A stretch of 64,000 bases of DNA, taken from the NCBI RefSeq assembly GCF_006345805.1, contig NC_043007.1:59024001-59088000 (forward strand). Reading direction: 5' to 3'. This DNA comes from Octopus sinensis (lineage: Eukaryota). This document shows positions 28,401 through 43,400 of the stretch, piece after piece. The stretch's first letter is position 1. Every line of letters starts with the position of its first letter. The translations under genes were made by a program, and so were the position numbers. Below the pieces are notes generated by a model. The model searched no databases. It worked only from the letters and a program-made list of their open reading frames with translations, and was not told the DNA's origin.

Positions 28401-31400
28401 CAGGCAAGGCTGCATGATAAGAAGTTTGCTTTCCAACCACAAAGTTCTGTGATGAGTTCCACAGCATGGCACCTTGAGCAAGTCTCTTCTACTATTGCCT
28501 TAAGCTGCCCAAAGCCTTATAAGTGGATTTGGTAGTCAGAAACTGAAAGAAACCTGTCATATATATATATGTGTGTGTGTGTGTGTTACTGTCTCCTTGT
28601 CATGACATTGCATAATAGTTGTAAACAAGTATCACCATAATGCAAGCAGTGTCCTTCATTTCCAATATTCTCTGTAAGCATGTCTAGTCATGGGGAAATA
28701 TTAACTTAGAAACGGGTGAAGTTTGGTGACAGATGGATATCCACCCATAGAAAACCCACCACAAATTCTGTCTGACCCATGTGAGCATGGAAAAATGGAC
28801 ACAAAAAGGATGATATGATATATATTGTATGTGTACATGTATATGGTTTCATATGTTTATATATACATACATATATACACAAATGTAAATTGTGTGTGCA
28901 GGCATGTTTTTTAGGCAGACCATTTTAGTCACTAACAGTATACAGGCAGAGTGATATTCTTTTTTTTTCTGTAGTGAATCTGCTATGTAGTCTCTGTGCA
29001 ATATCTAATGGTTAACACTTTAGCATTTAAACTGGCCATATTTGGCCTAAATATTCTACCTGTTTCATACTCACACATACCCTACAATGTCAGTCTAAAA
29101 ATAAACACTCACATCATCAAAATCTTGAAGCAACAAGATAATGCATGATCAATTCAAAACAATGTGAATAAGTAAGTGTTACATTTGACAGAATAATCTG
29201 AATGCTAAAGGGTTAATATAGTTAAGTTTAAATCAAATTGGAGAGGAATTAGATGTTATTGATAATCACATTACCAGACATGATGAAATGACTGAATAGG
29301 TTTAGAACAGAACAAAACAGGATGCATACCTCACCCGATATTCGATAGAAATGTTCTTTGAAACACTCTGTATCTTTTTCATCAATGAAGTCTTTTGGAG
29401 GTTGGCTGACAAGGGAAGGAATGTTGTCTGCTGGTCTAGATGGATAGAAAAATTAAATGAACATTGAAGTGTTTCATATTCAATTTGAAATTATCAACTT
29501 AGCATCATCATCATCATCATTGCCACTAACTCACTGTCATCGTCAGTAACTCTTCCTCCTAATCATCATCATTATGATTACTAACAAGTTAGAAGCATGG
29601 CCCATATACAGCTGCTTGACCTGCTAGAATTAGCTACCCAATCTGCCTCAAATGATACCCTACTATCTTAAAAGGGGAGAGAATGTTTTCTATTATAGTC
29701 TTGGGCTGAACAAAGCCTTGTGAGCAGATTTGGCAAGCAGAAACTGAAAGAAGCCTATACATATGTATATATATATATATATAATAGGCACAAGCATAAC
29801 TGTGTAGTAAGAAGTTTGCTTCCCAACCACATGGTTCTGGGTTTGTGAGGAGATTTGATAGATGGTAACAACTGGAAGCTTGTCATATATGTATGCATAT
29901 GAGTGTGTGCACACATTCACGTTAGTGTGTGTGTGTGCATGCATATACGCATGTTTGTGTGTCTTGATATCACACAATAGTTGTAAATGACTATCACAGT
30001 CATACAAGCAGTCTCATTTGTTTCCAATCTTCTGTGTAAACATGTCCAGTCATGGCGATATATTATCTTGTTTTGAAATAAATAAGGGTTGGTGACAGGA
30101 AGTGCATCTGGTCATAGATAATCTCTCAATGAATTCTATCGAATCAATAAAAGCACAGAAAAGTGAACATTAAAATGATAAAGATAATCACAGTCTAAAA
30201 ACCTTACTTCTTTCATCAACCTCTTCATATGATAGTTTTGTTTCTAATCTTTATTACTATTTATACTAAAGGGGATGGCATATTTTTGTGACTTTCATCT
30301 GCTAAGAAAACTTACTCCACAATATTTGGTTTTTCCATAAAGAATCTGATGAGAAAACTTGCTTCCAAGTTGGCTTCATATGTACAGGGTAGCACAATAT
30401 ATTCTCCAGGTTTCAATGCAAACCGCTTCACAACCTGGCGACCATTCATAAAAGCATCAACACTGGCAACACTTGAATATTTTTTAAAGAATTCATATTG
30501 CAATGGGAGAGCATGGTGGAGATCATTCTGACAAAAATGAAATTTTAAAAAATGTGGTTAAGCATTCACTATAGCAAAACAGAAAAATATTATAATACTA
30601 TTGAAAAAATTTATTTCTCTTCACCACTCAACAAATACACAATCACAAACACACATTAATCTTTCTACACCAACTTACCTGAAACTGCACCTGGTTCTAA
30701 GATACTATCTCCTTATTTTAAAATGATCTAAATTGAAAACTTTTCAGCAAAAATTTCGTATAAGCTTATGTTCCAAATATTCATTAATTACGACAACTAT
30801 TTTATTAAATTTTTCATCGTTTTAAAAATCAATTGAAACAAAAGCAATATATTGGATTTCAAAAGAAATACAATGTCAAATAAAACAGTAAAATAGCACA
30901 GCATCGATTAACTCGTTTCAAATTGCGACAGCTATTTCAAAGGGACGTAACTCTACGTTAAGAACAACGTAAGTCGCTGACAATTCGCGATCCAAATTTT
31001 ATGAGCCCAAGTAAAGCCACTGAAATTGAGTTACTCATCTAAACTCAGTTCAGTAACCCATCCCCAAACTGACAACACTCAAACTTATGGGCTGTGTAAA
31101 GATGCAATAAACAATGGAGTAAGAATTTGCTAATGAAGCACAATTCAAAAATGGTTATTAACAAAGTCTGAATACACGGCTCATGTAGTCATCATTTTTA
31201 TTTGATGTCCATTTTCCAAGTTGGATAATTTGATAAGAACCGACCAGCCGGAGAGCTGTCCAAGCCCCAATTGTCTGTTTTCGCATGGTTTCTATGGTTG
31301 GATACCCTTCCTAACGCTAACCACTTTACAGAGTATGTTGGGGTTCTTTTCATGTGTTACTGCCATGGGTGCTTTTATGTGGCACCATCACAAGTGCATC

Positions 31401-34400
31401 TACATGGCATCAGCACAAGTGCAATTTATGTGGCACTGGCACGAGTGCATTGTGTAATAACTTCTGAATGCATGGTCCATATTTCAGAAAGACTGTGGTT
31501 CTGAAAGTGTGGGGAGATCCATACATGGAGAGGAAATATATTCAAGAAATATATCAGTAAAGATAACTGAACAGGCTAAATTCAAAGTTTCATTGTTATC
31601 TCTATGATATTACACAGTTCTTGCTTTCTTTTTTCTTTCCATGAGCCATTCATAGACTTTTGTAAACGAAATAACTTGGGAGTGAGGGTAAGACATAAAA
31701 TTGCTACTTCAAAAGGAGGAATGGTAATTAAAAAATATCAAATTGTTTAAGCTGTGGTTCAGTAATAGATACATTTTTTATATAAATACCTTCCTATCCA
31801 TTTGTGGTTTCAGGTTCAATCCCACAGAGGAGAATCTTAGGCAAGAGTCTTCTATTATAACTCTAGACCAACCCAAGCATTATAAGTGAATTTTGTAGAG
31901 GGAAACTGAAAGTGCCAGTTGTGCATATATGTGTGTGTGTGATGTCTGGGAGTTAGTTTACATTTACACTCTCCAAATGCTGTGAACTACAAGTAATGTT
32001 GTTAGCAGTTCTCCTGTCATTAAATCATTTGCTTGCTTTGAAGAAGTTGCATGAAATAAAGGGTGCCTTACATGAAAAACAAGTACAGTTAGTGATAAGG
32101 ACATTAGCTGTAATCCATACTAGCTTATTAAAAAACAGGTAAACAAATGAACAAACCTTATAAATTACAAATCCTATGTATTGTAAGCAAGGGTTCTTCA
32201 GCTTGATTCTTCTGCAGTCTTTCTGTGCAAGCTGTAGGATGACACTACAGTGAGTGTCATCATCTTCATCAGAATCACCGAGAATCATACGATACTGAGG
32301 ATTACTCCAGTGTGTAGCTGCAAAAGAAAAAAAATTGAAATAACCTGATTATGATATATAATGTGAAAAGGAAGTCACCAAAATTGATTAAGTTAATTCA
32401 CTTGGTTATTTTATATTATAATATCAAAAGTTACTGTAATATTGTCATCAAATGTTATAATGTGAAAATACCAATTTTCACATTCTATTTAGTAATTTAT
32501 GAAAATATTTACTTATTTTATTTGATTAAAGCCAAACACTACTACTACTACTACAATAACAACACTGATTTGTGTGACAACATTAATTTTAAGTCAAAGC
32601 TGTCAGAAATTTTTGTTTTCCCTACATCTTTTAAATTTGAATACTTACTAGAGCAGGATGGTCTTCCTCCAGCAGAGAAACCTTTGTACCATCTATTATG
32701 GAATTCCACTGCAAACCATGTCCTAGGCATGTTCAATGGAGCATCAGGAGACAAATTACAGATATTCAAAGTGTCAAAATGAGCTTTAAAATCATTGAAG
32801 TCCATCCTGAAGGATAAAAAAAAAAAGTGAAAGATTCAGTAAGCATTTGAAATGTTGAAAGTGAATTGAACAAAGATGGAATATTCCAGGCAGTGCTGAA
32901 AAGTTGCTGGTTTTTGGTAAAATACAGGAGGATCAGTTAATTATGATTTTATTTAACGTATTCCTATCTCAGATTCACACATTTATTGCAGCAGTCCTTT
33001 CATGATACCCTTAAAGTCAGGAACTTTTCAGTATCCCTTCATAATGTATTGAAGCAAGCATGGGTGTGTGGTTTCAAAAGTTTGCTTCCCAATTGTGTGG
33101 TTTTCAGTTCAGTCCCACTACAAGGCACCTTGGACAAATGTCTTTCACTATTGCCCTGATCCAGCCAAAGTCTTGTGAATGAACCTGGTAGACAGAAACT
33201 GAAAAAAAAAGCCTGTTGTGTATGTGTATCCTTGTTTTGGCATTGTATGATAGTTATAAACATGTGTCACCAGCAAACAAATAGAGTTATTCATTTCTAA
33301 TCTTTCATGAACAACCTGTCCAGCCCACAGGAAAAATTTTAACATGCTTAGGCAGGGTTGGTGACAGGAAGGGCATTTGTCCATAAAATATCTGCCCCAG
33401 TAAATTTTGCCTGTCCTATGTAAGCATGGAAAAGAGAACATTAAAACAGTGATGATGATGATAATATAATGTTTTCATAATTTATCTTCTGTTGAAGAAG
33501 GAACAGACATAACTTTGTTTGATCCCACTGTTCAGCACTTGAGGCAAATGTGTTCTACAGTGTCAGGTTGACCCATGTTTTGTAAATGAAATTAGATGAA
33601 AACCATGCGAAATTTCACTTTATGTATTGCATCTATGGTTCTGGAGATCCAGCCGAAAAATTACACTTAGGGTCAAAATGCCTGTGGAATACCCAGCTGC
33701 TTACATTGTAACACAAAAAGCAGCTAGTTCCAATCATTGGCCAAACAGGCCACTTGTCATAGAAACAAAGCAAGATCTTTGCTTTGCTTCGATCCCTCAA
33801 CTCCTGATGGAGTTGAAAGAGCACCATTGTGACATACAACGTGGCTTTGGTTGAGCCCACATACCTTCGGGTTTGACTAACCACAGTACTTTTCATCCAG
33901 AGAGACAAAAAAGTAATAAACAAAGAGAGAAAGAGAAGAATTGACTCTCATACTGGACTCAAACTTTATTGACCACTAAAAGGATGAAATGCAAAGTTGA
34001 CCTCAGTAAGATTTGAACTCAGAGCACAGAGAACTAAAATAAACATCTTAAAGCATTCTAGTTAGTGCTCTGACAATTCACCAATGAAAGATCCATCATC
34101 AGTTGAAGAAGACACCATCAGCTTAACATGAAAGAAAATAAGGTTGTGTACTCTCATTGAGCAACTGGAGTTCTACTGAAAACTTCATCTTCATGTCATG
34201 TGCTTGTGTCCAATTCAAGATAGGAAACATTGGAAAGTGGTATTTTGTTGCATTCTCTAAGAAGATTCAAACTAATGACTCCAAGTTAACAGAACACTTA
34301 TTACATAATGTTTCCCACTTTCTAAAATCCACCAATAAATTATTTCCCACACTATTTTACCTATTAACAGCCAACTGAACTGACCAAGTCAAAGCTGGTG

Positions 34401-37400
34401 AAAGTTAACCCTTTATCATTCAGATTAATCTGTCAAAATGTAAGACTTATTTATTTATATTGTTTTTCAGTTAACCCTTTAGCATTGAAACTGGACATAT
34501 CAGACCAAAATATTATCTGTGTTTTATGCTCAAACTGGTCAGGTCCTGCCTTTCACACTTACCCTACAATGTCAGTGTAAAATAAACAATCATATCATTG
34601 AGATCTCAAATGCATGCTTAATTTAAAAAATGTGAATAAATAGGCATTACATTTGGCAGAGAAATCTGAATGCTGAAGTATTAATCATGCATTATTTAAT
34701 AGTTTTGAGATTTTAATGGTGTGATAGTTTATTTTTACAATGACATTGTAGGATAAGTGTAAGAGGACAAATCTGGCTAGTTTGCACATAACTGATAGAA
34801 TATTTCAGCCCCATATGGCCAGTTAAAAAACTAAAGGGTTAAAGTATACTTTTCAGGAATATGTTCTGTGTCAAAAGCAAGATATAAACCATCAACAATT
34901 TGGCTGTGGGCCAGCAACCTAAAGCAAATTGTCACCTTTATATTTTACTTGAAACATCAAAAAGTAATAATAATAATAATAGTTTCTAATTTAGGTGCCA
35001 GGCCAGCGTTTGAAGGGAGGAGATCAATCAATATCATTGATCCCTGCACTTGACTCATACTTACTTTATTGACCCCAGAGAGATGCAACGAAAAATTGAT
35101 CTCCACAGGATTTGAACTTGGACACATGTGGCAAGGTATTTTTTCCAGAGATCCAACAATAATAATCACCCTGCTGTTTTACATGAAGTTAAAATAGTAA
35201 TAATACAGTATATGACTGATACATATCAATCCTGGAGACATGAAATATTATAAAACATTCTATATATTTATATATTTAAAGAGAGAGAGAGGGGGAGGTA
35301 ATAAGAGAAGAAGGAGAGGCAGACAGAGATAATAAAATATATGTATACATAAATAAAATTCACACAAAAAATACATACCAAAATTCTCCATCATCATTGA
35401 AGACTAGTCCTAATTTTTCCCTCTCATCGCTAGGAATACTGTTCCATTCAACAGACCTACAGAATTTGAAAATAAACACATTGTAATCTGGAAGTCAAAA
35501 TAAATTTTCAAAGGAAAGATGATATAACAATAAATATACTAATGAAAATAACGATATGTTTAACTAAAAACAAAAAATTAAAGGAAATTAAAATAAGAAA
35601 AGAAAATGTCAAATTTGAATTTATTCAAGATTACCTTTCATTCCACGGTCCATTCCAGGCAATATGTTCACCCCAAGGGTTTCGAATCCTTATCAGAGTG
35701 ACTGAGCGATTTCCTTGATCCGAGGGCAGTAAAAGCTGCAATGGAAAACAGCGAATATGCATAACTATTTACAAGAAAGAGACAATATGGTTACATGCAT
35801 ATGCACATATGCAGTAACAAAAAATATACATTACAAATGTACAAACTTCTCTACTAGTGGAGGCACATAGCCTAGAGGTAGGGGCTATTGCACTTGCACT
35901 CACAAGAATGCGATTTTGATTCTCAGACCAGGAGGTGTGTTGAGTTCTTAAGTAAAATGCTTCATTTCATGTTGCTCCTGTCCACTCAGTTGTAAATAGG
36001 TAAACTTACAACAGACTGGCATTCCATTCAGGGGTAATATTGTCCTGTCCACTAGCCAGCAGGGGAGCATCATCTAAAAGCTAAAACAATGCGAGGAGGT
36101 GCATTGCAATCAATGGTGTATAACACCATCTAATAGTCTGGTCAATACAATGATATATATAACGGTAGGGTTGTGAGGTTTCTTTAGTCCTATCCATCAC
36201 TATGTATTGTGGTTAACAACAGAAGAGCATCCAGCTGTAGAATCTAAGCTTAATGAGCACCAGTCAATAACAAAAATGACTCAGACTACTTAACCTATGA
36301 TAGAATGAAAAAAAGATATCAAATTATGATGATGTTGATGCTAGTGTCATGTAAAAATCTCCCAGTACACTGTAAAGTAGTTGGCATTAGGAAGAGTATT
36401 CAGCTATAGAAGCATTGCCAAAACAGACAACAAAACTTGAGTAGCTCCTGTCAGATTGTCCAACCCATGCCAGCATAGAAAACAGATGTATGATGATGAT
36501 GTGTGTTCGTGTATGTCCATTCACATAGGAAATTACTAAATAAAATATTAAGTTTCTGAAATTTATCTGAAAACCAAAAATCCAAATTAAAATATTACCT
36601 GCCGTAAATCAGTGATGTTATAAATATGACCTGACAACAAACCATTTGGAAGTTCACACTGTTTTTCATCCAGTGACAATGACTGAAAGATCAAAATGAA
36701 AAGAGAATAGATAAATCTAAAATGGTGTGAATTCAACCACAATTGCTCACACGCACACTACCAGTCATTAGAAAATTAGACAAAATATTTTGTGGTATTT
36801 GTTCCAACTCTCTATACTTGGATTCAAAATCTACCAAAGTCAACTCAAGAGTTTTATCTTTCCGAATATTGATGGAAAAGTACCAGTCCAAGGCAGTGAA
36901 TTGAAGGAGCTGTAAAAACATCTCACTGAATGCCTTATACTATTTGTTCTGACTGTGCATCCTGAATTCAAATCCTGCCCTGGAATACTTGGATGGTAGA
37001 CTTAAATTGTCACCTGGCTGATATTTTTGAGAGGTATTAGCAGAGTGCAAGCAGTCAGGCTAGGTTTTGGTTTGAGGATATCTCCCTGCCCACCCCCCAG
37101 CCTTCGATGTACTGTAATTGGTCAGAGGTACTGTCTTCCTCCTGACTAAAAAACAAAAAATTTTAAAAAACATGAGTACAGGGTATGAATAATATCACAA
37201 TGGTTGTGAATTTACACAAGAATTCAAATCTAACCTTTGTTGTATATTAACAATGTAAATTTATTGCCCCTAAACACGGTCAGTTACTGAAGCCTGCTCG
37301 CCTTGACAACATATCTGAAGAGTCAAGATATGATTCAGCTGATATCATTTACTTTCAAACTGACTCACATTGCAATCTAGATTCTAACATACCAGTTTGC

Positions 37401-40400
37401 ATCTGTTGTGGAGTATTAATTTCCTAAGAAATAAAGACTACAGACCTTTTAGTCCACATTTCAAAGAATGGTTGAGAGTATAACAGATGCACAGAAACTC
37501 ATTCAATGGCTCAGACTCAGTTATGAACAAAAAGAAAAAAAATCCTGCTTTAATGACGAAGAGATTTAATAATACTAAATCAAGTCCATTGCTTTAATCA
37601 GTTGGCTCTGAAGACCAGATCCACTTCAATTTGCATTGTGTATTTTGTCCCAAGTTTTGACTGATAGATCTAATTAAAGTTACCTCCCTTGTTTCCTCTC
37701 CGTCGACTTAAGCAATCGTAGAAGGAATTTTTGTCAACTATTTGTTTGGATAATCTCAGTTGATTAAAGTTTCTTCTAACTCTGTTTTAGATGTGTGAGC
37801 CCCTCTCCACATTAACAATATATATATATATATATATATATAAAGATCCACTTTGGTCATGAATGACCATGGGATTGCACCTAGAAAGTTATCCTGAGAC
37901 ACAAGTCCAGGCAAGGTTGTTTTTATCAAAGATCAGCAGTCGCCAATGCATACCAGCCTTCCCTCTCCATGCCACTGATGTTATCCAAGAGAAAGGTAAA
38001 GGCTGATACAGCTTGGCACCAGTGATGTTGCAACTCATTTCTACAGATGAGTGAACTGGAGCAACATAAAATAAAGTGTCTTGCTCAAGAACACAACACA
38101 GTCCAGTCTGGGAATCAAACCACTGAGATGTATGGCCTAGTGGTTAGGGTGTTGCACTCATGAGCACAAGAACATAGTTTCAATTTCTGGACAGAGCATT
38201 GTGTTCTTGAGCAAAATACTTCATTTGCTCCAGTCCACTCAACTATAAATGAGTTACCCTGCAATGGACTGACATCCTGTTTAAAGGGAATACCATGATC
38301 CTGGTCACTTATATGCTATAGGTCTACCTGCCAAGCCAGCTAGGTGGCATCATTTGAAAGCTCCAACATTGTGAGGAAGTGCATTGTAACTAGTGGTGTT
38401 TAACAATTTTAAGAGATCATAAAATGAATACGAAAAATTCCATTTGTAAATAACTATAAATTCATCAGCAATATTTCTCTTCTCCACAAGCCATCAAGAT
38501 GGCAGAATCATTAGCATGCAGGGTGAAAAAGCTTAGCGGCATTTCATTAGTCTTTATGTTCTGAGTCCAAATTCCAAGTAAGTTGATTTTTGCCTTTCAT
38601 CCTTACCAACTCCAGTCAAACCGTCCAACCCAAGCCAGCATGGAAAACATGTTAAATGATGATGATAATGATGATGGCAATGATGATGATCCCTTCTTGG
38701 GAAATATAATCTTGTGATATTTACTTACATTTATGCCACAAGCCACAATAGAATATCTATCGAGAGCTTTAAAGAGAATATTAATGATGTTTTCTGGAAC
38801 ATTTGCATTGGCTCCATGAAGCTTGTAGCTTTCTATTAGTCCACCAGTTAAATCAGCAAGGACATCTTCAAAAACATTCACTTTGAGAGCTTCATAGGAT
38901 CCATACATTCTTTAGTGAAATCAAATTTTCAAAAAATAGTGGAAAGAAACAAAATAGGGGAAAAAAGAAAAGAAAAAAAAGTAAATAATAAATTTACAAA
39001 AAGGAAGGAAATAAAACAAAAGATAAGGAAAATAAATTATGTTTTCTTCGATAATTGCTAAAAATTGAAGAACCAAGTGGTGGTTTGGGTTAGCGAGAAT
39101 CATTAAAATAACCAATATATTAAAACATTTTAAAAAATATTTTGGGTTACAAAGGAATTGCTTTTTGGCACAGGCTTTTGTTTGCAGGGTTTAGAGAGAG
39201 AAAGGGTTATGCCAATGCAGTTTGCAAGGTTTCTGAAACTGTTGGTACAAAAGAGCAAGAAGCTATGACCAATCAGGTACAGCCTATCCCACAAGCTTCC
39301 ACCCACACAATTTCAGCCACAGGTTTTTTTTAGTTAACTCAAGGTCATAGGACAAAACAGTTGCCCTGGGTCAAATATAGAACAAAATTGTGAAGACAAC
39401 TTCTTAACTCCACAGCAATGCAGGTACCCACAGTGACAAATTTGGTGAGGAGGAATTATGGTCAACTGAATCTTCCCTTGGTTATTAGTGATATTTGTTT
39501 TATAAATTGTGGAGCTAACTTCTTAGTTTAAAACCCAGAAGGAAGAAAAATCAGAGTTAAACACAGTAGGGTATGATCTTAGATTGTAGGATTTTTAGTT
39601 TTACTGATGACACGATAACTTCTCTAATGACAGACCCATGATAAAATACACTCAGTACACTCTGTAAAGTGATTGGTGATAGGAAGAGCATCAAGCTGTA
39701 GAATCCAGGTTGAAAGTCATCATTGTCATCATCATAATCATTTAATGTCCGTCTTCCATGCTGGCATGGGTTGGATAGTTTGACAGGAGCCAGCCAGGCT
39801 ACTGTATCTGTTTTCGCATGGTTTTTACAACTGGATGCCCTTCATAACACCAACCACTTTGTAGAATGGATTGAGTGCTTTTTACATGGCACCAGCACAA
39901 GCAAGGTCAGCTTTGGCATGGTTTTTACAGCTGGATGCCATTCCAAATATCCACTTCACAGTGTGGACTTGATGCTTTTTATGTGGCACCAGCACCAGCA
40001 GGGTCACCAAGTAACTTGCAAGGCAAGGAATTTTGAGAGGGGAGGGTGCATTAAAGGTGATGATAGGTTAGAGTGTGACAAAGAGACAGAGAGGCAGAAA
40101 CAGGTGTCTTGCTATAGAGGAGGTACATGGTTACCTGGCAGAGAGAGAGATGTATAAGCAAGACCCAGTCCTGTGACCTGTCTAGAAGGGCAGTAACTGT
40201 GAACAAGGACTTGGATCGTGACAACTTGTCCACTCCATACCAGCAGGGAAAGTGAAAGTAAAATGATGATGGTTGATAAGGTACACAACCATTTCTGTAA
40301 CTCCAACTGTTAGAAATAGCAGCTAAATCTCAGTCAAATCATACTTCTACTTTAGAAATGGAGAATGTAGTATTAAATATACTACAATAAAAAGGATAGG

Positions 40401-43400
40401 ATTGTCATGGCAAGCACAACAATCATTAGTCTGCTCAATCAGGATTGATTTGGGCTTTAATCAAAACTAAATAACAGAAAATGAATGTAAACCTTAATAG
40501 GAGTTAAAAATAAGGATAAAAAAAGAAAAAGAAAATGAAGGGAATGGAATGGAATCATAAAAAAGGGACTATGTTGGTTAAATATTAACAAAATACTCAA
40601 GGAGAATAGGAGGAGGAAAGAGAAAAGTAGAGACAGAGAGGGGGGAGTGAGCAAAGAAAATCCAGCAGGCAGAAGAAAGGTGAAAGACAAAGGAGGAGTG
40701 ACAAGAAAAAGAGACGAAGAAATATAGGAAATAAAAAGGAAATTTGAGGAGCAAAAGAATAACAGAGAAAAGCAACAAATAGGTAAGGGAATCAAATGAA
40801 CAAAAATGAATCACTTTCTCTCTTTCTCTCTCACACACACACACACACGCATCATTTTGACAAGAAAGAAGCTAACAGTTCTTCTAAAGATTCAGCTTAT
40901 GTAGCCTCCATCAGACAGTTCAATGTAAAAATAAAATAAATATCTTACTCTACTGAAAGATATTGAATGATCCTTCAATTTAATGTTTGTTTTTATATAT
41001 AGGTCTACATAAAATGAAATGCTAAGATATATATATATACACACACAAGGTAAGTTGGAAGAATTGTTTGCATGCTGGACAAAGTGCTTAGCAGCATTTT
41101 GTCCATCTTTATATCCTGAGTTTAAATTCCAATGAGGTTGACTTTGCCCTTCATCCTTTCAAAGTCAATGTAATCAACTAGCCCCCTTCACCAAAATTTC
41201 AGGCCTTGCATCTATATTAGAAAGGAATATATGTGTATCATTTAATATACGTAATTACAAAAGAGCTTCTAATAGTTTCATGCTTTTAGGATACGTTAAG
41301 TCGACAGATTTATATAACATGCCATGTATCTCCAAGTGTTCTGGTTTTTAAAAACATCTAACATGAACTGAGCCTGAAAGATTGCTTGGAGATACAATGC
41401 ACAGAAGCAGACCCAAGGTGGGGCCTGAGGGGTGTGTGCCCCTCTCAAGAAAAGAAGTGTGCCTTCTAAATAATGTTATTACGCCCTTTTCTCATGGAAT
41501 TGTATTCCCTTTTGACCTTGTGGTCTTCCTTTGAAAAATTCCTGGGACCACGCCTGATGCATGTTATATAATCTGCCAATTTAATGTATCTTAAAAGCAT
41601 GAAACTACTTGTAGCTTTTTTGTAATTGTGTGGATTAAATGATATTTATCTCTCACTGGCCTGTGTACTTTTTTTGTTGATCTTACCTATACTGGAACTG
41701 TAAACTGTGTGTATGAGGTTATGTGTGTGCATGTGCGTGGAGGTATGTGTCTGTGTACGTGTAAATGTAAAATAAATGGATTTACCACAACCAACTCATT
41801 GAATTATGTATCTGCTTATTGAATTGTAACTGGTTCAGTATTCTACAAACACATACCTTTGACCCATTAGCATTCAAACTGGCCATATCTGGCCCAAATA
41901 TTCCACCTATTTTATGTTCAAACCAGTCAGATCAAGCCTCTCACACCTACCCTACAATGTCATTGTGAAAATAAACAATCACATCATGGAAATCTCAATA
42001 CTACAAGATAATGCAGGATTAATTCAATACAATGTGAGTAAATAAGCTTTACATTTGGGAGTATAATCTGATTGCTAAAGGGTTAATGTAATCCCCAAAT
42101 AGAATCACATTGCACAGCATGTGACAAGGTTAAGCCTTTCAGAATTACAGGTAAAATCCATCTGACTGGCTTCCACTCACTGAACTTCAGACAGGTTTAT
42201 ATAACATGTCATGTTTCTCCAAGTGTTCTGGTTTTTACATACATCTAACATTCTAACATGAACTGAGCCTGAAAGATTGCACAGAGGCAGACCCAAGGTG
42301 GGGCCTGAGGGGTACGCACATACACATTTGTCCAAGGTGATGGACTGGCAGAATAGCACAGCATTAGGTATGATACCTGGTGGTATCTGTTTTGGAATTT
42401 GGAGTTTAACTCTTTAGTATTCAGATTATTTTGTCAAATGTATTTATTGTGATTTAGTGGTTAGGATTCCTGGCTTTTCACCCAGGTGGCCCGGGTTCAA
42501 TTCCCAGCACGGGAACATAAATTTTTCACATTCAGAAGGGCATCCAGCCATAGAAACCATGCCACAACAGACAATTGGAGTCTGGTCAGCTCCTGTCAAA
42601 CCATCCAATCCATGCCAGCATGGAAAACAGATGTTAAACGATGATGATGAAGATTGTTTTGAATTAATCATGTATTATCTCATAGCTTCAAGATTTTGAT
42701 GATGTGACTGTTTATTTTTTAGAATGACATTATAGGGTAGTTGTGAGAGGCCAAATCTAACCATTTTGAATACAAAATGGGTTGGCTATTTGGGCCAGAT
42801 ATGGCTGGTTTAAATGCTAAATGATTAAATCCCACCTTTTATCACCAGAGAAGAAAAGAAATCTAGTAAAAACGGTGACAAACTTGAGAAGTCCTTAAAC
42901 AAGTGTCCATGTAAGTCAGCTAATCACTGTTCATATCAGCTGATCAGTTGGTAGGAGAGGACAGAAAGAGACTTCAAATCCTGTATATTCAAGGAAGGAG
43001 TAGTAAACTGTGCTGTAAACTAATTAGTGTTGTGTTACTTCTCAGTCTCAAGTTCAAATCCTTCTCTGTACAAAAAGCTTATCCAGGATAATAGTTCTCA
43101 AAACCAGTTAATACGAAGAGATCTAAGATAAATTCCATCATGGGAGTTACGTACAAGTGTCTCTTTGGAGAAAAATCTTGTCCAAAGTTCAATCCCTGTT
43201 GAAATGTTTCCATTGGTTAACTGGAACATCAATGAAAGCTCCATCTTTGTAATGTGAGCTAATTTGGTAAATGTGGGTTGATTCTTCTTCAAGTTAATGG
43301 TTAATGAACGATGGCCAAATATGGGAGCTGGCATGACTTGGTGGTTAAGAGGTTTGCTTTGCAACCACATCATTTTAGGTTCAATCCTACAGACTGGTAT

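Noticed and set aside
30208-30243. 36-nt pseudo-exon resembling YEEVDER after exon 10
   Set aside because: The acceptor region is purine-rich, the calpain-like frame is incompatible with the phase-2 donor, and the compatible frame hits TGA
37270-37470. Short plus-strand frame with a CxxC-like stretch resembling a hAT zinc finger
   Set aside because: Similarity too weak and no termini found
42443-42515. Functional tRNA-Glu or frameshift-suppressor tRNA (8-nt anticodon loop)
   Set aside because: The acceptor stem cannot pair and the T-stem has a mismatch, so it is treated as a pseudogene
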